Origin: a virus
Lineage: Duplodnaviria > Caudoviricetes
Reading direction: 5' to 3' (one strand)
Length of the DNA: 30,858 nucleotides
IMG/VR virus record: IMGVR_UViG_3300020044_006003
Span: 1-30,858 of that record
Notes under the pieces: model-generated
Told to the model about the DNA's origin: nothing
The model's database searches: none
The model's input: the letters and a program-made list of their open reading frames with translations, nothing else
Program-made: the position numbers and the translations under genes
Shown: positions 7,951 to 18,280 of the stretch, one piece after another
Layout of the letters: the number at the start of each line of letters is the position of its first letter
Numbering within the stretch: position 1 is the first letter of the stretch

Positions 7951-8114
7951 GTGTTTACGGATGGTTCCACATCATCGAATCACTTGCAGATAGGGACATA
8001 ACGAAGTTTGATGCTGTGACAGAGCGCAATGTTTACGAAGTGTTTACGCACCTAACGTACTTAGCAGATTACGTGTATGTGCAGAAAGTAGAAATGAGAA
8101 AACAAAGAAGATAA
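7845..8114 (+). CDS. -1 frameshift extension of the tail assembly chaperone (GT-like)
   Basis: The -1 frame is open for 89 codons from the slippery site (FEFRRGTIQQFPRIF...YGWFHIIESLADRDITKFDAVTERNVYEVFTHLTY...). It ends at TAA 8112-8114, overlapping the next ATG. Confidence 0.75.
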   Translation, partial: FEFRRGTIQQFPRIFGKGDNGDSEGDEAGTTPDGLSVYGWFHIIESLADRDITKFDAVTERNVYEVFTHLTYLADYVYVQKVEMRKQRR

Positions 8115-10771
8115 TGAGTAGCTACAATTACAGTTACAACGTACTTATCAATCGACTTGAAGCATTTGCTGCAGGTCACTTTCTGATTAAGCGTTTTACA
8201 CATGGGCAAATTGACCTTGCAGATCAGTTGCAAGATGATGAATACCCCTTCATGCACGTAGTACCGGAGAAGATTAGTCCTGTTGATGGTGGTATGCAGT
8301 TTGACTTTCTCATCATGTTTGCGGATATACCACGTGACAAAGAATACAAAGCAGAATACCAGCGCGAAGTAATAAGCGATTGTGTGCGCTTAGGGCAGGA
8401 CTTGATAGCTGAAGTAAAGAATGGATTGCAACTATTTGGATTCGATGTGCAGTTGGTAAACAATCCTACGTTTGAGCCTTTCATGGAAGAGCAAAAGAAC
8501 ACTGTGACCGGTGTGACTTTTACGCTATCAGTTGAAGTGCCGTGGGACTGGAGTGCCTGTGATATACCTGCGATATGGTCAGTAGGTGGAAGCAGTACAG
8601 GTGGAAGTGGTACAGGTTATGGCATTACACTTCAGACAAATGGAGTGAACAACGTAGTGCAAAATCTGCTCAACTTAGAAGCAGGCACTAATATAACTAT
8701 CACAGACAATGGCAATGGTACTGTAACAATTGATTCAACAGGTGGAGGTGGAGGTGGTAGCCCATACGTATCGACAGAATGGAATGCAAATCACACCACA
8801 GCAACAGGCAACCCTTATCAGATTGGTGATAGGGTATGGTACAATGGCAGCGTGTATGCTTGCATTGCAAACAATGATGGAATCAACCCATCTAATCCTG
8901 CATACTGGACTTTACAAAGTGCAGGTTACAGATTGCGTCAAACACCTGTAGACTGGAATGCGAGTAGTGGTGACTATCAAATATTGAATAAGCCAACACT
9001 TGCAACAGTTGCTACGACAGGTGACTACAATGATTTGATAAACGCACCTGCACCACCAACACCACAGGGTTTGCAGGATGTGATTACAACGGATAACGAC
9101 CTTACTTTAAACAACACTATTGAAGGCAATGCCACTAATCTGCTGTGGAATGCCAACAAAGAATTTAAAATTTATCCTGATGCAACAGGATTCTTTGAAG
9201 TGTTTGTAGGTAAGTATCCACCAAGTGAAACCAAATTAAAAATTAGTGCGACTGAAGGGTATTTGTATAGCAAAGGTGCAACAACGCAGCAGTTCAAAAC
9301 AGATACCACTAATCTATATATTCAAACACCTGCTGTAAGTGCAGGTACTGCAACAGTTGGACAGGTGCTTACATTAGGTAATGCCTCAACAGGTGCAGTG
9401 GAATATACCACCATTAGTGCAGGTTCAGGCACAGTTACATCAGTAGGTCTTACAATGCCATCTGCATTCAATGTCACAGGTTCACCGGTTACAACTGCAG
9501 GTACTTTAGCAGTAACAGGTGCAGGAACAACTGATCAATATGTGCGAGGTGATGGTACACTGGCTAACTTCCCATCAACAGGCGGTGGAGGTGGACAGAT
9601 ATTCTACTTCAATGGTAACATATCACAAGGCACAATAGGCGGTAACGTATATTATGAGTTAGGCACAGCAGCTAACACAGGACCAGCAGCTAACTTTACA
9701 TCAGCTGTTACAGGTCCAATAGCACGATTTATTACTGATGTAGGCAGTCCAAATCACTTAATAATACCTTCAGGCGTATGGACTATTGATGTGTACTTAA
9801 GTGAAACAGGTGGAGGCTCAAACAATGCTGAAATACTCGCAAAATTGTACACATACAATGGCAGCACTTTTACACTCATTGCTACTTCACCTTTAGAGCA
9901 AATCACCAATGGCAACGTCCCTGATTTGTACACGTTCAACATATCAGTACCAAACACGGTAACAGCTGCCACAGATCGCATACATATTGAGTTTGATATT
10001 CAGAACACAAATGGTAAGACAGTTACCCTGTACACTGAAGATGCGAAAATAGGTGAAGTACACAGCACATACGCTATCGGATTAAGCTCATTGAATGGCT
10101 TAACTGATAACACGCAAAACTTTGCAGTAGGCACTTCTGGTACTGACTTCGGAATAAGTAGCGCAGGAAGTACACACACCTTCAACCTGCCCACTGCATC
10201 TGCAGCTAATCGTGGTGCATTGAGCAGTGCAGATTATATCAACTTCAATACTGCCTATACTAATCGCATCACAAGCCTTACTACAACAGGCACAAGTGGT
10301 GCTGCCACTTTGATAGGCAACACTCTTAATATTCCCAACTATGGAGTAGGCACAGATACTTTTGTTATTCGTATGACATCAGGGCAGGTATCACCTGCAG
10401 ATAATGCCAATTATTACTTTGGTGATTCAACAGTATCACTAAGTAACAGTGCAACGATTAGCAAAATCATTTTTCCTTTTGCGTGTAAGTTGGTAGGCGC
10501 ATCCATTACAGCACAGAATACATCAGGTGCAACGGCAACAAGTGAAGCCTCAACATTGAACTTCCGATTGAATAACACAACTGATACGCTACTATCAAAT
10601 GCAGTATTGTTTGGTGGTGCGCCACTTGTGGTAAATAATTATGCGGTCACAGGATTAAGTGTAAACATCGCAGCAAATGATACGGCTAATATCAAGTGGA
10701 CTACTCCAATATGGGCAACTAATCCTACTACTGCTATCTTGATTGTACAACTTTATTTAGAAATACAATAA
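8114..10771 (+). CDS. Tail completion/terminator-like N-terminal domain fused to a fibre/adhesin with a CBM5/12-like module
   Basis: An N-terminal globular domain of about 155 aa, Gly linkers, YQIGDRVWYNGSVYAC...YW, and fibre motifs DWNASSG..QILNKP, LATVATTGDYNDL and GTVTSVGL. The protein is T/G/S-rich. Confidence 0.65.
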   Translation: MSSYNYSYNVLINRLEAFAAGHFLIKRFTHGQIDLADQLQDDEYPFMHVVPEKISPVDGGMQFDFLIMFADIPRDKEYKAEYQREVISDCVRLGQDLIAEVKNGLQLFGFDVQLVNNPTFEPFMEEQKNTVTGVTFTLSVEVPWDWSACDIPAIWSVGGSSTGGSGTGYGITLQTNGVNNVVQNLLNLEAGTNITITDNGNGTVTIDSTGGGGGGSPYVSTEWNANHTTATGNPYQIGDRVWYNGSVYACIANNDGINPSNPAYWTLQSAGYRLRQTPVDWNASSGDYQILNKPTLATVATTGDYNDLINAPAPPTPQGLQDVITTDNDLTLNNTIEGNATNLLWNANKEFKIYPDATGFFEVFVGKYPPSETKLKISATEGYLYSKGATTQQFKTDTTNLYIQTPAVSAGTATVGQVLTLGNASTGAVEYTTISAGSGTVTSVGLTMPSAFNVTGSPVTTAGTLAVTGAGTTDQYVRGDGTLANFPSTGGGGGQIFYFNGNISQGTIGGNVYYELGTAANTGPAANFTSAVTGPIARFITDVGSPNHLIIPSGVWTIDVYLSETGGGSNNAEILAKLYTYNGSTFTLIATSPLEQITNGNVPDLYTFNISVPNTVTAATDRIHIEFDIQNTNGKTVTLYTEDAKIGEVHSTYAIGLSSLNGLTDNTQNFAVGTSGTDFGISSAGSTHTFNLPTASAANRGALSSADYINFNTAYTNRITSLTTTGTSGAATLIGNTLNIPNYGVGTDTFVIRMTSGQVSPADNANYYFGDSTVSLSNSATISKIIFPFACKLVGASITAQNTSGATATSEASTLNFRLNNTTDTLLSNAVLFGGAPLVVNNYAVTGLSVNIAANDTANIKWTTPIWATNPTTAILIVQLYLEIQ

Positions 10772-10971
10772 TGAGAAAAGAATACCAATATAAATTGCAA
10801 GGTGATGGTACTGATTCATGGGTAGTCAGTGAGTATAACGAGAATGATGAACTTGTAACACGCTACATGGTGTATGAAGACCCTACAAACAACACAGGCA
10901 ACGCATTGAAGGCTGTCCAATCTGCTACACCTGAAGAGTTGATAGAGATTAAAAAGATACTCGGTATCTAA
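10771..10971 (+). CDS. Small protein, possible fibre assembly chaperone
   Basis: 66 aa with TAATG overlaps on both sides, directly after the fibre gene. Confidence 0.55.
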   Translation: MRKEYQYKLQGDGTDSWVVSEYNENDELVTRYMVYEDPTNNTGNALKAVQSATPEELIEIKKILGI

Positions 10972-11501
10972 TGGCACAGGATGAATTTGAAATAGTGCTA
11001 AATGAGTATGCTGCTGCAGTAGTTGAGCGTGCTAAATCTAACTTGCGTATAAGTAGGCAGGTGCGAGGTAAGAAAGTTAATCGTGTTGCATCGGGCAACT
11101 TGCTTAATTCACTTACTTATAAGGCAACAGTGCGCTATAAAAAGCCAGTAGTTGACTTCACTGTATCAGGCACAGCAGGTAAGTATGCGGATGTAATTGA
11201 GTTTGGTCGCAAACCATATCCGGGACAACCTACCAAACGTCCACCATATCGCGATATCATGGAATGGATACGCATCAAACCTTTGAAGCTACGCAATAAG
11301 CAAGGGCAGTTTATCAAGTCAACAGAATCAGCAATTAAAAGTGCAGCTATTGCTATTGCAAAAAGCATAGGTGAGAAGGGTATACAAGGCATCAACTATT
11401 ACACGGAAGCAATTGAAGATACATGGCCCGAATACGCGGATAAACTGATTGAAGGGTATATCAAAGGAGTTGAAAATAGATTACTGCTAAACAAAAGATA
11501 A
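10971..11501 (+). CDS. Virion morphogenesis / tail completion protein (HK97 gp10-like)
   Basis: Basic protein with SGNLLNSL and Y...IEFGRKP motifs. Confidence 0.55.
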   Translation: MAQDEFEIVLNEYAAAVVERAKSNLRISRQVRGKKVNRVASGNLLNSLTYKATVRYKKPVVDFTVSGTAGKYADVIEFGRKPYPGQPTKRPPYRDIMEWIRIKPLKLRNKQGQFIKSTESAIKSAAIAIAKSIGEKGIQGINYYTEAIEDTWPEYADKLIEGYIKGVENRLLLNKR

Positions 11502-12791
11502 ATGGCTATAACGATAAATGATGAACCGTATGCATGGGCATTGCGTGGTCAGAAGTTAATGATAATTGCGACAAGCACAGAGACAGCGAACACTGGTTTT
11601 CGCTACGGAATAGAAGTAGATATTGATGGTAAGGTGTACAACTTTTATGTACCTGCTGCACCTGATGATAAATTATACTTCGACCTTGCACCGCTGTTAG
11701 ATGATATGCGCAATTATGAGCCTTTAGATTATCACTTTAGTACCGATAACACTGAAGATGATCAAAGCAAAAGAGCAGTGAACGTAACACTTAGTGAATG
11801 GTGGATAGTTGGTGGTGTGCTAACTGAAGCAGAAGGTAGTGAAGTGGTGTTGGATGAAAAGCTCGTAGTGAATGGATACTTTCAAGTCATTGATGGATAC
11901 AAGCCAAACGTAGAAACAGGCTCACAAAAAGTGAAGCAATCACTAACGAGTAGTACAAGCCTTGCCATGAGTGACCGCAAAACAGATACACACGTATTTA
12001 GATTAGCGCAAACATGGGGTTTTAGTGCTGTACCAAATAGTACAAGCACGTGGATACCTGCCTATGAAAGTGACTATGGACTGCTATGCATACCGGGCAA
12101 TAGTACATACTTGAGTAACAACGATGCGCTCAATATACAGATTAATATTTTTTCAAGCACAGGTGTACCAGCATCACAGACTATTGCGCTCAATGGCTAC
12201 GATATTGAAGCATTGCCTGTGTATCCGGCTAACTTAAATGATTGGACAGGGTTAACTGTTAAGCCTTCACTATATCCGAACTGGAGGTTGTACCAAGTGG
12301 TCATCAAAAATGCCAGTACAAATCGCAGTATCAACTACGTATTTTATAACGCAGCTGTTTATGGTCAAACCGATTGCCACAATGATAAGATAAGATTGGG
12401 TTGGGTTAACTCGCGTGGTGGATGGGACTACTTCAACTTCACAAAGCGCAGTGAATTTACAGATGAAATAGAGCGCAAGACATATCGAAAGGTATTGTTC
12501 AATGGTACAACAGCCGTGTTTAGTGCTAACGATAGAGGGTTGCAGGATAGAAGGAATCTGATGCAACAGGTGTTAAGCATAACAAGTGATTACATCAGTG
12601 AAAACGAATTTACTTTTTTGCGTTCACTACTTGTAAGCAATCAAGTGACATGGCTAACTACCGATGCAGGTAAGGCAGTGCAGATACCTGTGAAGTTAGA
12701 TGATACTAACTACACTGAAAAGAAGACACGTGATGGTAAGTTATACAACCTCACATTGAAAGTAAGAATAGCAAACGAATACTGGACATAA
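11502..12791 (+). CDS. Tail structural protein (distal tail-like)
   Basis: 429 aa, beta-rich, with a WVNSRGGWDYFNF motif; lies in the tail module. Confidence 0.55.
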   Translation: MAITINDEPYAWALRGQKLMIIATSTETANTGFRYGIEVDIDGKVYNFYVPAAPDDKLYFDLAPLLDDMRNYEPLDYHFSTDNTEDDQSKRAVNVTLSEWWIVGGVLTEAEGSEVVLDEKLVVNGYFQVIDGYKPNVETGSQKVKQSLTSSTSLAMSDRKTDTHVFRLAQTWGFSAVPNSTSTWIPAYESDYGLLCIPGNSTYLSNNDALNIQINIFSSTGVPASQTIALNGYDIEALPVYPANLNDWTGLTVKPSLYPNWRLYQVVIKNASTNRSINYVFYNAAVYGQTDCHNDKIRLGWVNSRGGWDYFNFTKRSEFTDEIERKTYRKVLFNGTTAVFSANDRGLQDRRNLMQQVLSITSDYISENEFTFLRSLLVSNQVTWLTTDAGKAVQIPVKLDDTNYTEKKTRDGKLYNLTLKVRIANEYWT

Positions 12792-12792
12792 G

Positions 12793-15700
12793 ATGCAAGG
12801 TGAAGTACAATTAATAGTTACTGTTGGTGCAACAGAGTACATAGATAACGGCCTGTGGACAATTGATCCAAGTTATTTTGTTGGTCAAACAAGTTGGAAC
12901 ATCAACAGCGCAACCGCGATTAGTAACCCTGTACCATCAAATAGCTATTTTACAATAGGGACTATTATTGCGATGGATCCAAGCATAGGAGGTCTTGTTG
13001 AAACGTGTGTTGTTACTTCATTTGATTCTTTGACCGGTGATATAACAACAGATGTTGGTCTTGACTTTACAAACCTAAGTCCAATACCAGTTACTGCAAC
13101 TGCGCGTATAAGTACCTTAGTTGATACCACCACACAAAACTATCTTGACTTATTTGAAAACGAAAGCATATCACAGAATTGGAAGTTTCAAGACCTATCT
13201 AACTTCACTGCGCAAGGTGCTTTCACACGTGAGTTCAGAATACCATACAGCGAAAACAATCAACTTGCATTAGGTGCGCTATTTGATGTGAATGTAACTG
13301 CAGGTAGTGCTAACTATTTTCACTATAAGTTACCTGCTGAAATACGAGTTGATACGCTACCAATATCTACTGGCTATGTACGTGTGCGCAAAGTGTATCG
13401 TACACTTAACCGCATCAATGAAGTTGAGATAGCGTTTTATGCGGAAACACCTGACCTTGTACGCAACATTGGTGAGAAGAAGTTAGCGGATATTGCTGAC
13501 CTTACCACCTTAGATGAAATAGTACAGTATCAAAATGTAACTAACCCAAGTGCCACACGCATTTGGACTATTTGCGATCGTGGTCAGTTATGGAGTGAAG
13601 GCGGTGAGATTAACACACGCTCACTTACTACCAATGCAACACCAGTCTTTAGTGCGGATTTAACCCCTGCGCTTAGTTGGTGGTATCTGTTTGAGCAGAT
13701 AGTAACTGAAGCAGGTTTTGAATTGGTGGCAGGTACGCTTCAAAATATCATGAGCAACTACTGGATGCCGTGGTTAAATAGTCAAACTATTATAGGTAGT
13801 GATTCATTTAACGAGTTGTTTTTTCGTGCATACAATAGTGCGCAGGTAGGCATCAATAACACGTTCACCACTATACCAATCAACACAGAGTTGTTTGATA
13901 ACAATGGCGATTTCAATACAGGCACTAATACTTACACAGCTCCAGGTGGTGGATGGTATACATTCCGTGCTATCGTAAAATTTACCACAGCATCATCTAA
14001 TTCATTTGATACTATAATAGCACTATCTGTAAATGGCTCAACTGCATTCAATGAAATGTATGTTGGATCAGTAGCTAATAATAGTTTAGTTGATTGCAAT
14101 TTGCGCATAGCATTAGAGGCAGGTGATACAGTGCAATTAAAGGTATTGCAGTCTACAATCGCTGCCAATAACGTACTTTATGTAGTAGCAGGTGATGGCA
14201 CATATAACAGCACTTTGTTTGAAATCAACAAGACAGAGTTCTTTTATGGTCAAAGCATCTATTACAATCTGAATGCACCGGACATGAAGCAGATTGACTT
14301 CGTAACCGATGTAATCAAGATGCACAACTGCGCAATAGTACCTGATAGAAGCAAACCAAACGTGCTGTATGTAGTGCCACAAAATAGCTACTTAGGTAGT
14401 GGTGATGTATTAGACTGGACAGGTAAACTTGATACATCAAAAGACATCGTGTTGAGTAGCACGGTAGACTTGCAACGTGGTAAGTTTCAATTCAGCTATA
14501 CAACAGGTGAAGACATCTTTAGTCAGCAGTATAAAAATGTGAATCGCGTCTATGGTGATTATGAGGTAGCAGGTTATACGATTAATCCTGATACAGCACC
14601 ATCAGACTTTGCCATAGGTGACCAAAAGATTCAACTTGTTACACGCTCACTACCTGCAGGTGTAGTCAATGGTAGTGGTTATGTTATACCGATGTTCTTT
14701 GATTCGTCATTGCGTTTTAAAGTACCTGGACCACACTGCTTATTTGAGGCAGGCAGTTATGCTGTTGCCTTGTATAATGACAATACCAGTGCAGTAGTTA
14801 CTACTAACGTTAGTACGCTTAATCATTATAGCGTAATCAATGCGGATATTGATGATGAGGATTTAAACTTTGCACCTGAAGTACCACCACATACGATTGT
14901 CACTAATCCATTTAACAACTTATTCAACACGTACTGGCGAAGCTACATGAATAGCTTGTACAATCCTGATGCGCGAATCATGGAAGCATTCTTTGCGCTT
15001 GATTTAAAGGATGTACTCACCTTTAGTTTTAGTGATAAGGTGTGGATACAAGATACATACTGGAGAATACTTGAAATCAATGACTACAAAGTAGGGTTAC
15101 AGGAAAGCACTAAGGTTACACTGCTCAAATTTTTGGATGATCAGGAAGATTGTTTTAGCACACCTGTATCAGTTAGCATCAATGGTGAAGTAAACTTTGA
15201 AGATGCGAATGGTGATCCTGTGGCATCTACTCAAGATTGCTGTGTGCGCTATGGCTATAATTGGGATGAAGTGAATGCGATATGTTGGGCATTTACTCCA
15301 ACAGGTGATAGACCAAATACACCAACATCAGGCACACCAACTAACCCATCACCACGACCAACTACTGCAGCTTTGCAAAATCGTAGTGTACTAAATTCAG
15401 TCATCACAGGTAATGATGTGACCATTGCAACAGGCAACAGCAATATGCTTGCAGTTGGTAACAGATTAGAGTTAGATGCAGCAGTAAGTGGTAGCAATCT
15501 ACTTGGCAAAAACGTTTACACTAAGTTGCCCGGTATTCACTTAGGTGGAGGATGGAAAAATGGTAATACGTCATCTGCAGAAAAAGGATGGGCACAAAGT
15601 GGTGATGTGATACTACACTACAAAGATGCGTGGGTAGATAGCCAAATATATGACTTGTTAGTGGAAGGTGTGACAGCATCGTACATTGAAATACCTGATG

Positions 15701-15990
15701 ATAGTGTATGGTCATGTTTGATGAAGGCTACCATAGTTGATAGTGCTAATAATATCTGCACTGGTCAGTATGTATTTCAGTTAAGCAAGTTTTCAGGTGC
15801 AGCGCAAAAGATAGGTGTTATTACATTGGATGAACAGAACGCCACTGCATATACTTTTACTTTTGATATTGACACTGCTACTGATCCAACACAGCATCGT
15901 GTAAATTTACAAGTGACAGGTTTAGGCATAGGTACAGATACATTTATAGTTACTGCGTCAATACAATACCAACAAAGCACAATAGCATAA
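12793..15990 (+). CDS. Large tail tip / baseplate hub-like protein
   Basis: 1065 aa, with LDLFENESIS...FTREFRIP near the N-terminus and an internal C1q-like beta insert (FNTGTNTYTAPGGGWYTF); tail context. Confidence 0.6.
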   Translation: MQGEVQLIVTVGATEYIDNGLWTIDPSYFVGQTSWNINSATAISNPVPSNSYFTIGTIIAMDPSIGGLVETCVVTSFDSLTGDITTDVGLDFTNLSPIPVTATARISTLVDTTTQNYLDLFENESISQNWKFQDLSNFTAQGAFTREFRIPYSENNQLALGALFDVNVTAGSANYFHYKLPAEIRVDTLPISTGYVRVRKVYRTLNRINEVEIAFYAETPDLVRNIGEKKLADIADLTTLDEIVQYQNVTNPSATRIWTICDRGQLWSEGGEINTRSLTTNATPVFSADLTPALSWWYLFEQIVTEAGFELVAGTLQNIMSNYWMPWLNSQTIIGSDSFNELFFRAYNSAQVGINNTFTTIPINTELFDNNGDFNTGTNTYTAPGGGWYTFRAIVKFTTASSNSFDTIIALSVNGSTAFNEMYVGSVANNSLVDCNLRIALEAGDTVQLKVLQSTIAANNVLYVVAGDGTYNSTLFEINKTEFFYGQSIYYNLNAPDMKQIDFVTDVIKMHNCAIVPDRSKPNVLYVVPQNSYLGSGDVLDWTGKLDTSKDIVLSSTVDLQRGKFQFSYTTGEDIFSQQYKNVNRVYGDYEVAGYTINPDTAPSDFAIGDQKIQLVTRSLPAGVVNGSGYVIPMFFDSSLRFKVPGPHCLFEAGSYAVALYNDNTSAVVTTNVSTLNHYSVINADIDDEDLNFAPEVPPHTIVTNPFNNLFNTYWRSYMNSLYNPDARIMEAFFALDLKDVLTFSFSDKVWIQDTYWRILEINDYKVGLQESTKVTLLKFLDDQEDCFSTPVSVSINGEVNFEDANGDPVASTQDCCVRYGYNWDEVNAICWAFTPTGDRPNTPTSGTPTNPSPRPTTAALQNRSVLNSVITGNDVTIATGNSNMLAVGNRLELDAAVSGSNLLGKNVYTKLPGIHLGGGWKNGNTSSAEKGWAQSGDVILHYKDAWVDSQIYDLLVEGVTASYIEIPDDSVWSCLMKATIVDSANNICTGQYVFQLSKFSGAAQKIGVITLDEQNATAYTFTFDIDTATDPTQHRVNLQVTGLGIGTDTFIVTASIQYQQSTIA

Positions 15991-16163
15991 TGGATTCAAT
16001 TAAAAACTCAATGCGCTACATCCAGTTGGGTATAGCACCAAATCAAAAGCACAACTATGCACTACGCAAATGGCAGCGTGTAATGTGGCGTATTACGCTG
16101 TATGTATGGCGCACTATCTTGTTTTTTGGACTTATCTATTTACTATCTAAACTTATATACTAA
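15990..16163 (+). CDS. Small membrane protein (57 aa)
   Basis: Not in the track: MDSIKNSMRYIQLGIAPNQKHNYALRKWQRVMWRITLYVWRTILFFGLIYLLSKLIY. TAATG overlaps at both ends. Confidence 0.75.
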   Translation: MDSIKNSMRYIQLGIAPNQKHNYALRKWQRVMWRITLYVWRTILFFGLIYLLSKLIY

Positions 16164-18259
16164 TGGCAGAGCCTATCGTTCGGAGTTTTATTATTGATAC
16201 TGGTGATAGCGAGCAAAAACTGAAAGCATTAGGTGATCAGTTAAAAGCTATTCCAAGTGAAATACCTAAGGATAAAATACCTGATGACCTTGTACCACCT
16301 GATGTAATCGAAAAGACAAAATCCTTACGACAACAATTAAAGGAATTACAATTAGAGTTAGCTAATACTGACCCTGATAGTCAAAAATATTTAGAACTTG
16401 CAGCGGCAGCGGGTGAGCTTAAGGACAGAATGCAGGATGCTGCGCAAGCAGTAGGTACTCAAGCAGGTGGTGCATTTGAAAGAGTTAGCGGTTCACTTGG
16501 ACTTGTTACATCCCGTATTACGAGTCTTGACTTTACAGGTGCAGCGGAAGGCGCAAAGCAGTTAGCCGCAAACATTGGTCAGATAAAGCCCGGAGATATT
16601 ACCAAAGGTATACAGGGTATAGGTACTGCGTTTGCATCAGTTGGTAAAGCCTTACTTACTAACCCTATCTTTTTGATAGGTGCAGCCATTGCCGCTGCTA
16701 TCGTGTATGCAGATGAGTTGTTGACCTTAGTAGACGGTGTAACCGATGCTGAACTTGAGCAACTTGAAATTCAAAAGCAAAGAGTAACTCAATCAAAAGA
16801 ACAATTAAGTGCAATAAGTGACCAAGAAAACATCTTGCGTTTGCAGGGCAAGACTGAGAAAGAAATATTACAGTTAAAAGTTGAAGCTGCACAGGCCGCA
16901 CTTAATGAGCAGAAGATAGTAATTGAAACCACTAAGGCACAACGTAAGGCGCAGTTAGAAGCAGCCGAACGTAATGCAAGCATCTTGACGGGTATCATTA
17001 CCTTCTTGACTGCACCACTCCAGTTGATACTTGCGCAGCTTGATTTAGTCACGCAAACCGCTAAGGATTTTGGTTTACTAAGTGACGAAACGTTTGCAAA
17101 GGTTGGTAACCTACGTAACCGATTCAATGAATCAATTACAAGTTTGGTATTTGACCCCAAGCAGGTAAAGGCAGATGGTGATAAGGCGATAGAAGAACAA
17201 GAAAAAATCTACAAGGATTTAGAAAATCAACAGGCAGGTTTTAAGTTAAAGATTAAAGAAATAGATGATAAGGCTGCTGAAGATAAAAAACAAGCGGATG
17301 ATAAGACTGCTAAAGAACAAAAAGATAGAAACGAAAAAGCATCAAAGGAAAGAAAACAAGCAGCAGAAAAAGAAGCGGCTGACCGTATAAAAGCCGAGAA
17401 AGAAGTAAGCGATTTACTTAATCAACTATACGAAGAAAACGTAAAAGAGTTTGAAGCGGCTGAAAAAAAGAAAACAGCAGCGGCTGAAGCGGAAGCAGCT
17501 AAACGTAAGAAAGCGGAAGAGGACTACAATGCTGCAATAATTGCATTACGTGCTGAACAGGATGCTGCTAATCTTACACAGAATGAAAAGGATATTATTG
17601 CGATTGATAACAAGTATTTAGACCTCAGAGAAAAAGCAATACAGGCAGGTCAAAGTACAGTAGAAATAGACGCTGCATACAAGGCAGCATTAGAACAACA
17701 AGAACAAGATTCAGCTGAAAAAAGAAAAGCAAATGAATTTGCGGTACAAGATGCAAAGCTTCAGGCTACATCGGATGCATTAGGCGCAATCAATGGACTC
17801 GTAGCTGCATTTGCTAAAGGTGATGAGCGAAGGGCAAAGGCTGCGTTTAAAGTTCAGAAGGCATTGAGTATTGCGCAAGCAACAGTTGATACGTATAAAG
17901 CAGCGAATGCAATATTTTATGCAGCATCTGCTAACCCAACAACAGTTCTTTTTCCTGCACAGCCATTCATTGCAGCAGGTGCGGCTATCGCGGCAGGTCT
18001 TGCTAACGTAGCCACTATTGCACAACAGCAGTTTCAAGGTGGAGGGCAACCAGGTGGAGGTGGCAATAACGATTCAGTACCAAACCTGCCCGGTGATAGT
18101 GGAGGAGGTTCACAGCCTGCGCAGTTCAATCCACTTGCAGCATCCTTCTTAGATCAAAGGCAAGAACAAATAACACCACGTGCCTATGTACTTGCAAGTG
18201 ATGTTGCCAGTGCAGCAGAAACACGTGAGAACGTTGCAGATTTAGCTCGAATAGGTTAA
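16163..18259 (+). CDS. Tape measure protein
   Basis: 698 aa, Ala/Glu/Lys-rich helical protein with hydrophobic segments (LLTNPIFLIGAAIAAAI). Confidence 0.8.
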   Translation: MAEPIVRSFIIDTGDSEQKLKALGDQLKAIPSEIPKDKIPDDLVPPDVIEKTKSLRQQLKELQLELANTDPDSQKYLELAAAAGELKDRMQDAAQAVGTQAGGAFERVSGSLGLVTSRITSLDFTGAAEGAKQLAANIGQIKPGDITKGIQGIGTAFASVGKALLTNPIFLIGAAIAAAIVYADELLTLVDGVTDAELEQLEIQKQRVTQSKEQLSAISDQENILRLQGKTEKEILQLKVEAAQAALNEQKIVIETTKAQRKAQLEAAERNASILTGIITFLTAPLQLILAQLDLVTQTAKDFGLLSDETFAKVGNLRNRFNESITSLVFDPKQVKADGDKAIEEQEKIYKDLENQQAGFKLKIKEIDDKAAEDKKQADDKTAKEQKDRNEKASKERKQAAEKEAADRIKAEKEVSDLLNQLYEENVKEFEAAEKKKTAAAEAEAAKRKKAEEDYNAAIIALRAEQDAANLTQNEKDIIAIDNKYLDLREKAIQAGQSTVEIDAAYKAALEQQEQDSAEKRKANEFAVQDAKLQATSDALGAINGLVAAFAKGDERRAKAAFKVQKALSIAQATVDTYKAANAIFYAASANPTTVLFPAQPFIAAGAAIAAGLANVATIAQQQFQGGGQPGGGGNNDSVPNLPGDSGGGSQPAQFNPLAASFLDQRQEQITPRAYVLASDVASAAETRENVADLARIG

Positions 18260-18280
18260 CTTTAAATATAAATTTGAATC

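Noticed and set aside
8114-15990. Diversity-generating retroelement acting on the fibre or tail tip genes
   Set aside because: No reverse transcriptase and no template/variable repeat pair seen.
17220-17760. Purine-rich repetitive stretch in the tape measure gene, including an A8 run near 17463
   Set aside because: Explained by Lys/Glu/Ala coiled-coil coding.
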